From Chrysomallon squamiferum (lineage: Eukaryota; Animalia; Mollusca), in assembly GCA_012295275.1 (NCBI GenBank), contig CM022672.1:24304001-24368000 (forward strand): a stretch of 64,000 nt of DNA. Reading direction: 5' to 3'. Positions 39,050 to 53,900 of this stretch are shown here, one piece after another; within the stretch, counting starts at the first letter, position 1; each line of letters begins with the position of its first letter. The notes under the pieces were generated by a model that had not been told where the DNA came from, searched no databases, and was given only the letters and a program-made list of their open reading frames with translations. Both the position numbers and the translations under genes were made by a program.

Positions 39050-42000
39050 CTGAAAACAGAAAAATATTGATATATCATATTTAAAACAATTACATTTTAT
39101 TTTAATTATTACTTTTATTGTTATTTTTTATCAATTCATTTAGATATATTTAAGATTGTTATAATTAATTTAGTTCTTTGAAAAACATTTTCCCTGACTG
39201 AAAATGCTCCAATATTTGAAGAAGAGCAGAGCATTAATTTGTAAAAGTTATATACTGAAATGGCTCATAATATTTATACTTTTGAATTCTGTGTAGGAAC
39301 ATATTAAATCACATAAACAGCTTATGAACTGAAATCTGGTTAGCATATTCAGGATATCACATAAAGCCCAGAAAAGAACTTTGTTCTTTATCAGCTGATG
39401 TTTATTTAACTTGAAATCTAAATCAATTTTAAAAAATAAAAAAATCCTTTTTTTTTATTTATATTTTATTTATTTATTTTATTTATTTTGATTATTGCTG
39501 CTTGGGAATATAATGCTTTTCAAAGAATATTTTGTTTAAAAACATTAAAAATCATTTTTCTGGGAATAATTAAATATTTTACGTCAATGAAATATTTCTT
39601 CTTTGACTGCCATTCACTATTGCTATATATATTAATATTACAAATTTTATGATGGTCAGTCGAATGGTTTTTCAGGAAAACAGAATTGTAATATAGAAAT
39701 TAATAGATTAATATAAATGTAATATAAATGTACCTGAGAAAACTTGACATACAAATACAGACAGGCATCTGTTTAATTCATAATGTAATTTATAAATTAA
39801 TTACTCTTTAGTAGTCTAAGCTGTAATTTTAACAGGCATATCTTGACATGGTATGTCTCAATTTTACAGCATTTCAAAGTTCATAATTAATGATCTATCT
39901 CTAATGTCTACAGATCATGTATTTTGTTTGAGTGTGGAAACAGCTGGATGAATGAATAGTAAAAAACTAAATGATTAACAAACAGCAGTTGATAGAACAT
40001 ATTATGAAGAACAAAACAGAAGGATCTTTTCCATTTTGTTTGCAGAGGTTATGACATTAGGCTTGAAAATGTGTCATGAGGCTGGCGCCATGCAAATATT
40101 TTGTTTATATGACAACACTGTTAAACTGAATGGTGAGCTTACATAATACTGCTGAATTTATTCAGGATTATAAAATAATAATCTTCTAATAAAACTGTAA
40201 CACTATTAATGCATAATCATATATATTTATGTATTTAATATAAAATGTTATTTATAAAGTAAATAGGATGAAAAAAACCTGCAGAATGAAACTGTGGCCA
40301 TTATTTTTAGGTTGTCACATCTCTAAAATTGAAATGTTTTAACTTAAAATTAGATTAACTGGAACATATTTTTACTTCTCAAAATTACCTTTTTTCTTTA
40401 TTCTTATCTGACGTAAACATGCCCGACCTACAAGAAATGCAACTGAATTGGAGATCGAATTGTATTTTCCGGCCATCAAATTTATCAAAAGTGTAGTATT
40501 CAAATAGTTCCACATATCCTCAACATTTGAAACCTATTGGAGAAAAAATACACGAAAATGTATCAGATATTCAAATGTACTGATACAGGTTTTGGAATTT
40601 AACATGCTACTTTTGCTTAAACTGTTAACAAAGCTTATTATTATTATTATTTTATTACTCAGTAGGTGAAAAACATAAAAGTAATGCTTTCATATTTCAT
40701 TTAGTAATGTGGAAAAAAAATGGAAGTGGTTGAATTATTTGAAGACATTTAACATGTTAAAATCTAAACAAATTAATTTTTTGAAACATACATACATCCA
40801 ATAACCAATGTAATGAGTAATGACATAGTAACTACTATTTGGAGAATTTACATATATATATATATAAAGCCACTGGAAATTATTTTTAAAATAGCAGCAG
40901 TCAGTTTCTTTTTTTTTATTGTGTGAATGCAAAGCAAGACTAACCTCATGTAACTCTATACTGTTGTTTCCATACAAACCATTTATAAATAGATTTTCAA
41001 TGCTTCGAGAAGTACGATATGATTCAGTAATATCTCTGTGTCCTAATACCATCAGCAATACAATGACAACAAACACAAAGTACATGATAATTTCTTTTAA
41101 AATCTCAAATGTCTCTATATCAAGCATAATTCGTTTGCGAATTTCCTGTAGCATGTGTTTTGACATTGGTGGAACATAATAATCAGATGTAGTGAAGGTT
41201 TTGTCAGTATCAGATGCATACATCTCTTCTTCTTCATCATCTGTTTCTGTTAAAACAATTATTTGCAAGATAACAGAAATAAAGGAAACAACTTATTTCT
41301 CATTTAAACTTTACTGAACATTCATTCCACTATAATCATTTCACTTTCTTTATAGCTATCATAATCAATCTGAATTATTTAAATCAGAACCTATTCTATG
41401 AAACAGTGTCTTTAAAAAAAAAAAATGTTATTGAAAAATGTTTTCTTAAAGAATATCATCTTCAAAAGAAGAAGACTTTATTATATGTTAAATAATTATA
41501 AATTTGCAGTTGTTTGTGCAAATGATAATGGATATCTTTTGATATTATTTAATGTTTTTTATAAAGATGCTGAATTTTGTCATAATATGTATTTTATATA
41601 GTACATTTTATCTAACACATTTGGAAGAGTGAAATAATAATGAGCATATACTCCAATAAATATTTGTATATTTTATAATGAGGTTTTTAGTATTGAACAA
41701 GTATATAAAAAAAAATTGTAATGTACAAAGAATTATTTATCTTTTTTTTTTAAACACTTTGTGTGTGTTTGTGTGTGCATCTGTGAGGTGATGTGATAGA
41801 TCACAATACCTATGTTTCTCAATACATTTCCAGTGTCATACTTGACTGTCTGTTTAAAAATCAAAGTCACCAAAAGAGCTAAAACTAGAACTTTTACAGG
41901 TTCTAAGACAAATAAACTCTCAAAGAATGATGTGAAGAAGGAAATAATCCAGGCAACACTTTTATGGTAACCATACTTCAAACCATACAACATAACAATA

Positions 42001-45000
42001 TAGGAACAAATGACCGATACCAGGAATGTGAAGAAGTAAATAACATAGAGAGATTTTGTAGGCAATCTGAAACAAAATAGAAATGATTTATGAAAACAAA
42101 CAGAATATATATATAAAACAAAATTAAAATAAACAAAATTCGGTTTTAAATAAATACAATTGTCTTCAATACAAAGTTCTTTTCTTGCTTTAGCTGTAAA
42201 TTCTACTATTTAGATAATAATAATTTCCCTTACCTTTGGTTTATTCTATCCAACTGTTCATAAACCATCCATTATCACAAAAATTAAAGCATATTTTATA
42301 AATTCTTCTATTTGTGCATGTCTAATTTAAAATAAGTCAATTGTATTTAATATTAAATAATCAGATTTGTGTATATCATTTTAATTTTAAATGGCATTAT
42401 AATAATTATATGTAGTATTATATATATATAATTACTTAAAACTTTTCTTTTTTCCTTTCTTTTCATGGTCTTTTATTTTCTGCTCAGGAGTAAAACGATC
42501 TAGACTGATCTCTTCATCTGATTCTGGTTCCACTAATGTGAATAATTTGATGATTAGTAAATTGATAGGAACAACCATAAGAGCACTCTGGATTCCAATA
42601 ACAAATTCTGAAAGTGAGAGGTGGAAGTCTCCATAATCAATCTGATCTTCAGGATCATCTGTTGGAATCCCATAATACATGATGTTGGCAAGCATTGTGC
42701 ACAAAAGAAGACAGTGTGCACATGTGAGTCGTTGTATATGAGTAAATGAACTTGTAGGTGGCTTGTAGAAGATGCTGATCCAAATATGGCCATCCCGTAT
42801 GTCATGACTTGTTGTCAGTGTAAACTGATAAAAATGTTTTTTGCTATACTTTTTATCTTCAATTGCTGGAATTTCAGCATACACAATACCTTGACCTTTA
42901 TAAGCACTGAGCCAGTCATCAAATACACAATGCCATGCTTCATCATTCTGAAGATCTTTAACATAAACCTCTTTCAAATACCTGTTCAGGAAAATTCAGA
43001 AATTTAAATCATGAAATTTTTTATTTTATTTATTTATTTATTTATTTATTTTTATTTTTTTTTTTTTTTTTTTTTTATTTTCGTATTTAAAATAACCCAG
43101 TATTTTAAATTATGTTCTATAACTATAAAGAATTAAATATATAGTATTTTCAAAATTCATCTACTTGTCAATTTCCTTTCTTAAGTTTTAGTTGTTCCCA
43201 TACTCCACAAAGTCACATCCTCCACAATAAATGTAACAAATGTTGATATCTCCAGAAGGATCAAAGTGATCATTCAGTACCTACAGATTTTATATGAATG
43301 ATAAAATTAATGAAAATGCATTAAAGTTGTACTTTTCCAGTTCTTTGTCATATAATTCTCTTTCCCAGTTTTAATTACTTTCTAATAAAAAATTGTTCTT
43401 CTTTTTTTAAATGGAGATATAAGCACATTTTATTGCAAAAATAATACTTTGAAAAGGATTCTGAAAGATGTCTACAGATTTGTACCAAGATGGTTTAGGT
43501 CCACTGTTGTCATGCCATATGACAACTGATTTAATTCTGCCCAAACTCTCAGTCGTCCTGAGTAAAAACCAATTCTCTGCACCAGATTTAAAGAGTTCTC
43601 TCTCACTATCAACCAAAGCCTCCCGTGCAGATTCCTTATTTTTTCCACATAGATATAGAAAGACTCTTGAAGAGGTTCCTGCATGCTTCCACCAGCCAGT
43701 AACCACACAAATTAGATAGGTATATTTTGCTGATGAACTACTATCACCGAGGACAGTGATACCAATCTGTCAATGAAAATAAATAAATATATATAAAATA
43801 TAATAAAACTGCCTATTAGAAACTTCAAATAAAAGTAAAAGCATATATACAAAGATAAAAATACAACATCAAAATCCTGTGTAAAATCAATGAACATTGC
43901 TATTATAGTAGTAATAATATATATATATATCGTTTAACAGTTGCTTTTATTAAATTATTTTCATAATGACAACAGCCATGCTTTAATCCTTTTGAAACAA
44001 AATTGTAAGCACAAACATGTCTGCTATATTTTAACAAACAGCTGGTTCTTACTAATATTTGTAATTACTTTTTGATGATCATTATAATCTGCTCTGCGTG
44101 CCCAAGCTAATAATAAAAAGTACAAAAGCCAGGTTGCTGCAACAACAGTGATGACCACAGGGTTATTAAAAAATGTCAGAAATAGGGCAATGTCACCCAC
44201 AGGATGCACAACATTTGGTGCAACAAAAATCCCACCAGAAAAAGCAGAAAGATGTCTGCACTGACAATGCAAGATTGTTGAGGTGGTGAATTTACCAACC
44301 TGTTGAAAATAAATAGTTTGTAAGTCATAATACTGATAATATATTTCATGATACTGATAACAACATCTGATACTATTTAAAATTCATTATTAATACATTT
44401 ATGATTAGATATATATTCAGTGAATTAAGGAATGTCTAAAATAATACATGAAAAACAACATCTAAAAATAAGTACAGTTTTTACTATTAATAATTATCAC
44501 ATTTTTGAAGAAAACAATAAATAAATGTTTTTGGTTTTTTATCTTAATATTCAATTTTATGTTTGAATCCTTGGCTAGTATTTTAAAGATGCAGTCATTC
44601 TAATAATGTTTATATCTTTCCATCATATTCATTATGATAATGAAACTAACCTGACAACCATCTTTCTTCCATTCTTTTTCAGTCAAATTCCAATAGGAAC
44701 AATCAACATTAAATGTTTGTATCTTAATTTTAACTGGACATATGGATGATCTGATATTGTCATCTGACATCTCCTGTAACAATTTGTAGAATGAATCATT
44801 AATGGGAATAATAACAGTAGTAAAATAAAAATATACTATGTTGTTAAATAATTTATGACATATAATACAGATTATTTGTTATACCTATTAATCTCATTTA
44901 ATGCCAGGAAAATACAGCTAGTTGTGGGGTTAGTAGTAAATGGCTGGAGGTGGGCAATGGCCTAAGGGAGTCTGTAAATAAATACATATATAATGTTATC

Positions 45001-47417
45001 ATTTGAGGCATTTTTTCATCTGGGTGTTAAATCCATTTATATAAAGAATCAAAGAAAATCATTAATTCTGATGACCAATCCTTGAAGTACAATTTTTACA
45101 AAATGGATACTGAATTTTTTTTATATATTTTTTTTTTTTTTTTCTTTATGTTGTTTGTTTGTTTTATTTTGGTTTTTATCCTTGTTTTTATTTATTTATT
45201 TATTTATTTTGGGGTTTTTTTGTTTCCTTTCTTTGGGGGTGTTTTTGTTTTTTTTCCCCCCTTTTTATAACAATAAGCAGTTTAGCAAATACTCTATTTT
45301 TCATTTATCTTTTTATTTAATTTTATTTAATTTAATTTAATTTTTTTTTTTAATGTGATTATTAAAACTGAAAGAAAAATTCTGGAAGTGGTCACTTATT
45401 TATTGTAATGTTTTGTTTCGTTTAAAATGTTTAAAGGCAAAGGAAGAAATATTAAGATAATTTATGGCTAGATATGACAATCTAATTACTAGAAAATGTT
45501 TAAATGCTTTTCATTATTATTTTTATTGTGGTAATTTTATGCTTTTCTGTATACATTCTAGATTTACTTGTGGTGATAATGTGGATTTTAGTAGATATTT
45601 TCTTCTTCTGCAATAGCTTAATACTGATTTTCAATTTTAACAATTTTTAATAGCTTTTAATATTTATTTAATGCTATTAATGCAAAATATAAGTTGTTTT
45701 TTATTGCTATTTTTCTTAAAAATTAGTACTCAACAGAAATAACTTGTTGCCTCTTCTCATGTTTGTACTGTTAGAGTTGAATTCATGCTGTCAGTTTAAC
45801 AATAATTTGCTGTAACTGAGTTCAATTACTATTTTTATGATAGGTCAAAAACCTGTATCTAGTAACTGGTTGGTTAAACTTTATATATTAGTGGTTTAAG
45901 TCCTTGAATGAAAGATTATGATAATCTTCAAATTATTTATCTCTAGCTGCCATTCAGATATAAACAGATTTATAATTTAAAAAAAATAATAATAAAGAAA
46001 TAAAAAAAAAAAATAAAGGAAAACAAAATAGAAAGTTTATTTTCATAACTAACAAATGTTGCCTACAAGAAATGTGAAAGCTATTTTATAAACTTTTAAA
46101 CTGGCAGTTTAATGTTTTCAAAACAATTTATTTGAAGATACTGTTTTCCAAATACTTGTATTAAATCAAATATATTCAAAGCTTTAAAATGGAAGACACA
46201 AATCTCTAAATCTGTATAAATAATACAGATTATTTGAAATAATCCCATTTAATGCCAGGAAAATACAGCTAGTTGTTTGATTAATGGTGAATGGTTGGGG
46301 ATGGGCAATGGCCAAAGGGAATTAACTCTAGCTGACTAACCTATACGATATAAGCGCCACATGCACCAGTAATCAGTCTCTTCCATTCAAGTGCCATTAC
46401 AGCCACTGCAGGAAAAAATGTCCACCTAACCACCATATAAATAGAAATGTCATATTCATAATACTGGTCTTGAGTTTTTTCTATTTTGCAGGGTTTAACA
46501 ACAACAGACTCCTGTTAACCACTGCTGCCAGATCAACATGATGCCACCATCATCGGCATCATGAGCAAGGACAGCCAGTAAGAAAAAAATGAACATTTCA
46601 TTTTGCTATAATACAAGTAGTTTAATGGGGTCAGGTAATTTAATTTGTCATGCTGATAGCAGGACACCCAGGAGACAGCTACAGAGCTAATGATCATCTG
46701 GCCCAGGGTTAGGTTCCACCTACTGAACTGTAGGGGGACAGTTTATTACCAAAGGATTCACTCACATGGACCAGAGGAATCCACTCCACCTTCAGAGCTG
46801 AAGGGAAGTTATTCAGTTCACCTACAAACTGCCAAGAGGGCAGGTAAGGTAATGTAGATATAGTTGATCTTTTGGGCTGAAGATGAATTACAACCACCTA
46901 TGAATTTTGCCAAGGGGGCTTGTTTAATTAAGGCAGTTACAGATTGGGAACCTTGGCTCTTGCCAACTCTCTAATTTAAAGGTCAGGAGGGATATAAGCA
47001 GCCGAACATGTATGCCAGTCTGGCACTGGCAAGCCACATAATCTCTCAGGAGGGAAATAGGTATGTCTCGAGGGGGGGGTCCAGCCAAGTTTTATCCAAA
47101 AAATAAGAGGGTTTGGGGGTATTCATGTAGATGTAAATAATCATATATCCTGGAAGGTTTCACTTGTACATAGTTGTTAAATAAATGGAAAAATGTTAAC
47201 AATGAAGACTGTAAATATATATATAATGTTATCATTTGTGGTGTTTTTTATCTGGGCATTAAATAACTAAATAAAACTGCAGAGAGACACCACTGACCAA
47301 ATATTGCATGAATGTACATAAAAATCCAGGGTTTATTATAATTTAGGCTCACTCCACTTTAAGTAAATCTGACTCGGCTATTTGTAAAATCTCTTTTTTA
47401 CCATCCTGTTTAAAAAC

Positions 47418-47454
<37 letters not shown>

Positions 47455-50400
47455 GTAACAACAACAACAATAATAGTATTTGATGAAAATAAATACTACA
47501 CGGAAAATTTAAAACCATGAAATTACCTTGACTGTGATATCTATTATAAAATTTGTCCCATTTTCTCCAAGACTTGTTTCTGTCAAAAATAACAGATTTG
47601 GATCTTGTGGATGGCCCTTCCAAATCTTAAGTTTGTGCTGTGGAATTGGCATCTCAGTCACACTCCTGCTTCTTAAAGTCTTATTATCTACTTGTTTTCT
47701 TCCAAGAGAGATTTTCAGCTTTGTTTTCATACCTATTGTAATTATCCTCAAAATCTGAACTTTATCTTCTGTTACAGGAATAGATATATGTAAAGACTGT
47801 GAATGCCTGACTGCCTTAATCTCATAGTTGTAAGAAACATTCAAGATGTATATAATCCCATATTTCACTATATTTGAAGCTGTCAAGAAAAATGAACATT
47901 TTATTCAAAGGTATAAATACAAAGAAATAAATTGATTATTCGTGTGTGTGTGTGTGTGATATTTAAAAAAAACACAATATGTTATAAAAGCAGAAAACAA
48001 AACTAATGCTGTTTAATTAACTAAACACCAACCTTTGTTTATATATTCATTACCAATATGTTTAAACCCTGCTTTTACTAATTATTATTTTTGTTACTCT
48101 TTTTAAAAATGAAAAATTATTCAAGCTCCAATGAGGTTGGCAGATCATAAATATGTTTATGTTTATTTTCATGGCACTGCACGCTTGTTTGTAACTATCA
48201 TTCAATTCTGAATAAATGAACTGATAAAGTTTCATATTAATTAATGTCATTTTATGCGATAAGCAGTGGAGCTAATACCATGATTTATGTTCCAAAATGG
48301 ATGAATTAATTATCTCTAACCATCAAATAATTAAATATCACAACAGTTAACAATTAATTATATTATTTACAAATGAACTGATGCAAGTACTGGATGAAAA
48401 GCCAGATTTATGATGAGGATAGAAGTCAGCAGCAAAAAAAGAATAGTTGACAGCTTATAAAGTGACAGCCTAATATATATCACATGAGAACTGTGACTGA
48501 ATAAAGTATGTAAATATATTCAAACTATCAAAGATTAACTGCAGGAAGTACAAACAAGACATAATTACTACAAACACCAAATCTCAGAATTGGCCCAAAA
48601 TACTCTAATGCTTAAGATAACTGGACAAGCACTTGAATATTTTTGGATCAATACTGAGATTAGCATTATACAGCCCAGTTTTTATATCACCAAAATCAGT
48701 TGAGCATTGTTGGCATTTAAAAGAGTTTGACTGTACTAAATTATTATTATTATAATTGTTGGGGTTTTTCATTTTTGTTTAAATTTATATATATATATAT
48801 TCTACAGCATTTCTTAAAATCATCTCTTTACTCTAATGTCCTTGGTTAATTTACAAACATTGTTGGCTGATGTATAACATTCATTCTGAGAAGGAAAAAA
48901 AGACAGGGATAAGCTCTTGTGTGAAAACAGGGATGAATTAATGAAAGTATTATAAAGTTGACTTTACTTTACTCTTAATATTTCTAATTAACACAGATAA
49001 GAACCAGTAATGCAGATATCCAATGCTGTTACATACATTTAATGGAGATGAAAATATCTACAGCTTCAGTCAGATTAATTGTAAGTTCTTCTGAACTACC
49101 ATGTTTTCTTGGAGAAATGCTCAAAACTGGCATATTGACATTCTTTGCTGATTCAGAAAATAAGTATGGATTTATTAACCAGAAATGACCCTGAAATAAA
49201 TAATTAAATAAATACCGTATTAAGTAAACAAGGTAAAAACAATCAAAAACCTAGAGAAGAAAAAAAAGGAATAAGAAAATCTTTGTTCGTTGATTTAACC
49301 AAAGTTATAGCTTATTACATATAAATGTCTTTTGAATATGTGCATTGGCTTTCATCACCATTATTCTGCAGGCTGAATAATGTGAAAATCAAACACTCAG
49401 AAGATATTGTAGTTCAAACTATTGAAATCTGCATGCATGGATTTAAAATTCTACTATACATTCTAGATTTCTATTCAGCTAGTTGACTTTCCAGTGAGAC
49501 AAAATGACAATGAAATTTTCTACATTGTTTTACTTATAAACATAATTATGGTTAAGAAAAATTAATGTTAGTACATGGTATACATATTTTTTTAAAAGAG
49601 GTGTACAGTCTCTGAAAAATTTAAACAAATATATCAGTAACTGAGTTCACATGGAAACTGAACTATTCTGTTAGGAAAGCAATTTATCACATTTAGTTAT
49701 CAAGCTCATAAATTTAAACAGAAACATTCTATTTCAGACTTTTTTTTACATATTAACCCAAAATTATTATATCTTGATTTTCTTTATAATTACACAATAC
49801 TATTCTTACTCCTTTACTAAAATGGAATAAAAGAACTGTCTACCATTACGTCTATTCCAGTTGCATTTTTTTTACTGATCATTGAAGATTCACCAGCCAG
49901 AGGTATGGCAAAAGAAGTCGCTAGCCCATGTTCACTTTTTATATTTACTGTAAGAAAAAGTTCATTGATGTTTGTTTTACTGCACTTGACAGACATTGCT
50001 GTTCGCGTTGATCTAAAAATGACTGGTGGATCACGGTCTGATGGAATTCCATTTAACAATGAACTGCTAATGTTATCATATGCCTTTGTTAGGAAATTTG
50101 ATATGGATTCTAGCTGTGGAAATTAAATAAATATTAATTTTATATAACAGTATTATTATGCATTTTGCTCTCTTAAAAACATTCATCTTTTAAAGCTGTC
50201 AGAAATAAAGCACTTTACAATAAACAAACTGTATTTGATGGTATTACATTAAATATGAATTATTATAAAATGACTTTTAGATATGGCACTTTTTGATATT
50301 ATGTCTTTATATTTTTACTTTAAACTTAATATCAACATTAGCAAGTAACTCAAACAGCTTTTTTTTTTTACAGAATCAGGTTAAAGAAAAAAGCAGAGAA

Positions 50401-50869
50401 ATCGCAATGAAAATCAAAATGTCAATTTTATAAACAAACAACAATCATACCGTGTCTCTGGACTTTTTAGATGAAACACTTCCTTTCTTCGTATCAAAGA
50501 AAAACAACTCAAATATTTTATCCATTAATGAAAATTGCAACCTTTGTCAAAGTACAAAAAAAAAAAAAAAAAAAAGGAAGAAAGAAAGTTAAACAAATAA
50601 TAATAATAGTAACAAGTATAAAGATAATTGGATTAATTTAGAATTTTTTATTTCTATATAATACACACTCATTTATGACAAGCACCCCTAATTGTTGCCA
50701 ACTAAATCCTAGAAAAAATATCTCTTAAGTGAAATATGCACTAATGTGTCCTTTAAATAATTTCAGGCAATCACATGTGTAAATCCCAGAGGCAGGCCAT
50801 GATCAGATGTGTGATTGAGTGAGATATCTTTAAAGAATCTACTATGTAACTGATAAAAAAAAAGAAAAA

Positions 50870-50905
<36 letters not shown>

Positions 50906-53900
50906 TCCATATTCTTCTGTGTAATATTTAATCCAACTTCTGGAGTCTAAAATCCAGTGGAGAAAGTGTATTATACATGAATAAATATTTTATATCCATT
51001 TTGACTAGTATGATTTATTAATAAAGCAGCTTCATAAAGTAGGTTTCTCAGAATGCATGGTTAGTCTCTTAGTGACAAACGCTGATATGAAATTTAGAAG
51101 TTCTGGTTTCTTTCTCGAACCAAAAAAGGCACCTGGTAAAGATGCCACATAATAAGGATTACTGCTGTGAAATTACCAGCAATTCAAAACAAGAAGATTT
51201 ATTGCTAACAAAATGCACAGATTTCAGCAAAATCATAAACTAAAATTGCATGAACTGGAACAAAAACCTAGACTAATTACTGTAACAATGTCCCAAGCAT
51301 CTTGTCATCATGAAGGAAATGCCACTAGCAAAACAAAAAATCTGCTTCACTGATGAGTCCATCATTCTGTAAAACATTTACTGGGAAATGATATAATGAA
51401 TGGTATAGTCAGCCTCAAGTTACAGTCAAGGTATATGTATCTATACATGGAATTGCAGATTTGGACTGTTCTTTTTAACAGAAGGAACAACACTGAATTG
51501 TACAAGATATGTCAGAATCGGGAAGAATAAGTTCATATTACATGTGATTATCAATGGATTGTGGCACCTCCTTACATAAAAAGTAGTCAATGTTTTCTTT
51601 AAGAAGAATAAGGTTATGGTTCTCAATTTGCCCAAGCACAAACTATAAGAAAAAGGCTTCTTTTACACACACACACACACACACACATACACACACATAT
51701 CAAAAAAAGCTAAAACGGTGACAATTTAGACATTTCAGATTATCAAACAAATGAATTTATTGATATTTTCATTAGAGTTTAATCCTGAATAAAAATCTTT
51801 GAAAAGTGCAGATCAAAGTATATTAATTTTTATTCATGCTCTTGACCCATTAAGAAAAAACAAATATAAATGACCAAATGATTTCTAAATTTTTCATATA
51901 GATTACTAATCAAATGAAATCAAAACATAGACATGTGTTATCATAAAATGATTTTACAAATACTGTTTTTTTTGTTTGTTTTTTGTGGAGTTTTTTATAA
52001 TAATAATTGAAAAAAACAAAACAAAAAAGTAAAAAGAAAAGAAAACAAAACAAACAAACAAAAATATTTTTTTTTTTTTTTTTTACCTGGCCAATTTTTT
52101 AACATCTACAGCATTCCCATCTTGTGATAATCTCACTAAAGAGGATACCAAATTTGTCACTATAGTTATAATTTTGTTCTGTCCATAAGAAAAGAATATA
52201 TCCATTTACAGGAAATAATTTGTGATAAAATATAAACATTTAAAAAATAATAACAAATAAAGTATGTTTAGAAATATAAATGCAAATCCAAAATCATCAA
52301 CACGATTTTAAAGATATATTTTCCCTAATAATAATAATAATAATAATAATTTATTAACATTAAAATTAAAGATGAATTAATATTATTGTCATTTTTTTTT
52401 GTCATGTTTTTATTTAAATATTATTTTTTAATGTTTTCATACCTTTTAAAAAAGTTACTGTAAACTGTTTTTGTTGTTTTGATTTTTTAAAACAATCTGA
52501 GATAAAAAAAAAAAGGAAAGAACTAAAAAAAAGAAATGACTTTTGACAAGAACAATAAAATTTCTCCTCCAACTGAATGAAAATGTAGCTAAAGGTATTC
52601 AAATTTTATTAAACTTTTCAGACAACTTACAAAATTATTAAAATTAGTTATGCTTCTCATGAACTAGCAGTGAAATTAGTATATGTATTGTTATTTGAAA
52701 TATATATATTCTTTATATAACTAATCATTTTAATCTTCAAAAAATTGCAAGCATCCAATATAAAAACAAGGATTTCTTTAACAATAGTAGATACTAACAT
52801 CATACTAAAGAAAAAAGTTTGCAATATTATGTTTAATTAATTTTTATGATCTTTTAAAATTATTTTGTTGTTGTATCTGGCATATGTATAAGCCTTAATC
52901 TAAATTGGGCATGTGTTATTTCATATATTTAATTGAAAAGTGATTAAAGACTGCATTTTACAATTACAATGTAACACATAATTATTATTATTATTATTGT
53001 TGTTGTTGTTGTTAAGCAGTTGTACTATATAACTGTAAAGAAAGAAAGTTTGGAGAGACCTGAATATATATTATAAAACAAACTAATAAAGTGAAAAGAA
53101 AACAAAATATTCATAATATTTAACATTAACAATGACAGTTGTATTTAGCATATCACAGTAATTTGGAATGTTTATTGTGGAAAGGTTATAAAAAAATGTT
53201 TTGGAAGTGTTTTCAATTTGTAATTTATCAGAAATATATTTTAACCCTGCATTCTTATTTAATCTCATCTTTTGTAGTTTTGTTCAATAAATATAGTTCT
53301 TAATTTTTAGAATCATTAATTAAATTTTAAAAATATGATTTCGTGTATCTGAAAAGGTTGATCTTTATATAACAGCACATACATTATTAAATAGATGTAC
53401 TTTTAATATCCTTTTAATAACTGATTAGCTGGATTCTTTTTATTAATTCATTACTAATTAGATTTAGTGACTATGAAAGATAAATAACAGTTATTAAATT
53501 GTGAATATATGAACATTCCATATGATGATGGTAAGTTTTCTGTTTATACATTCGATGTTTACTGTTGATTGCAGTGCCTCATATAATGTATGTTCAGTTT
53601 TATTCAGAGTCTTAATAAATTGATTTGAGAACATTCATTAATTACTGATTTTATATAACATAACAATTTAAATGAAAATTTAATATTATGCACAACATAA
53701 GAAATAAATACTGCAAAGTAGCTTACCTCCATCTGTGGTGAGAAAGTGTCTTGCTGATTCACAATATCAGAAATTATATTGGTAACCTGCTCACTTGTAC
53801 CTGTTTCATTTAAATCAATTTCAAGAAGACAATCCATCAGTTGCAGAAGCATCTATAAACAAAATTGAAAAGATATCAGAATGATGTATTTATTTAATTA

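Noticed and set aside
48515-48735. Possible MITE ending in agtttgactgta
   Set aside because: No convincing matching left TIR.
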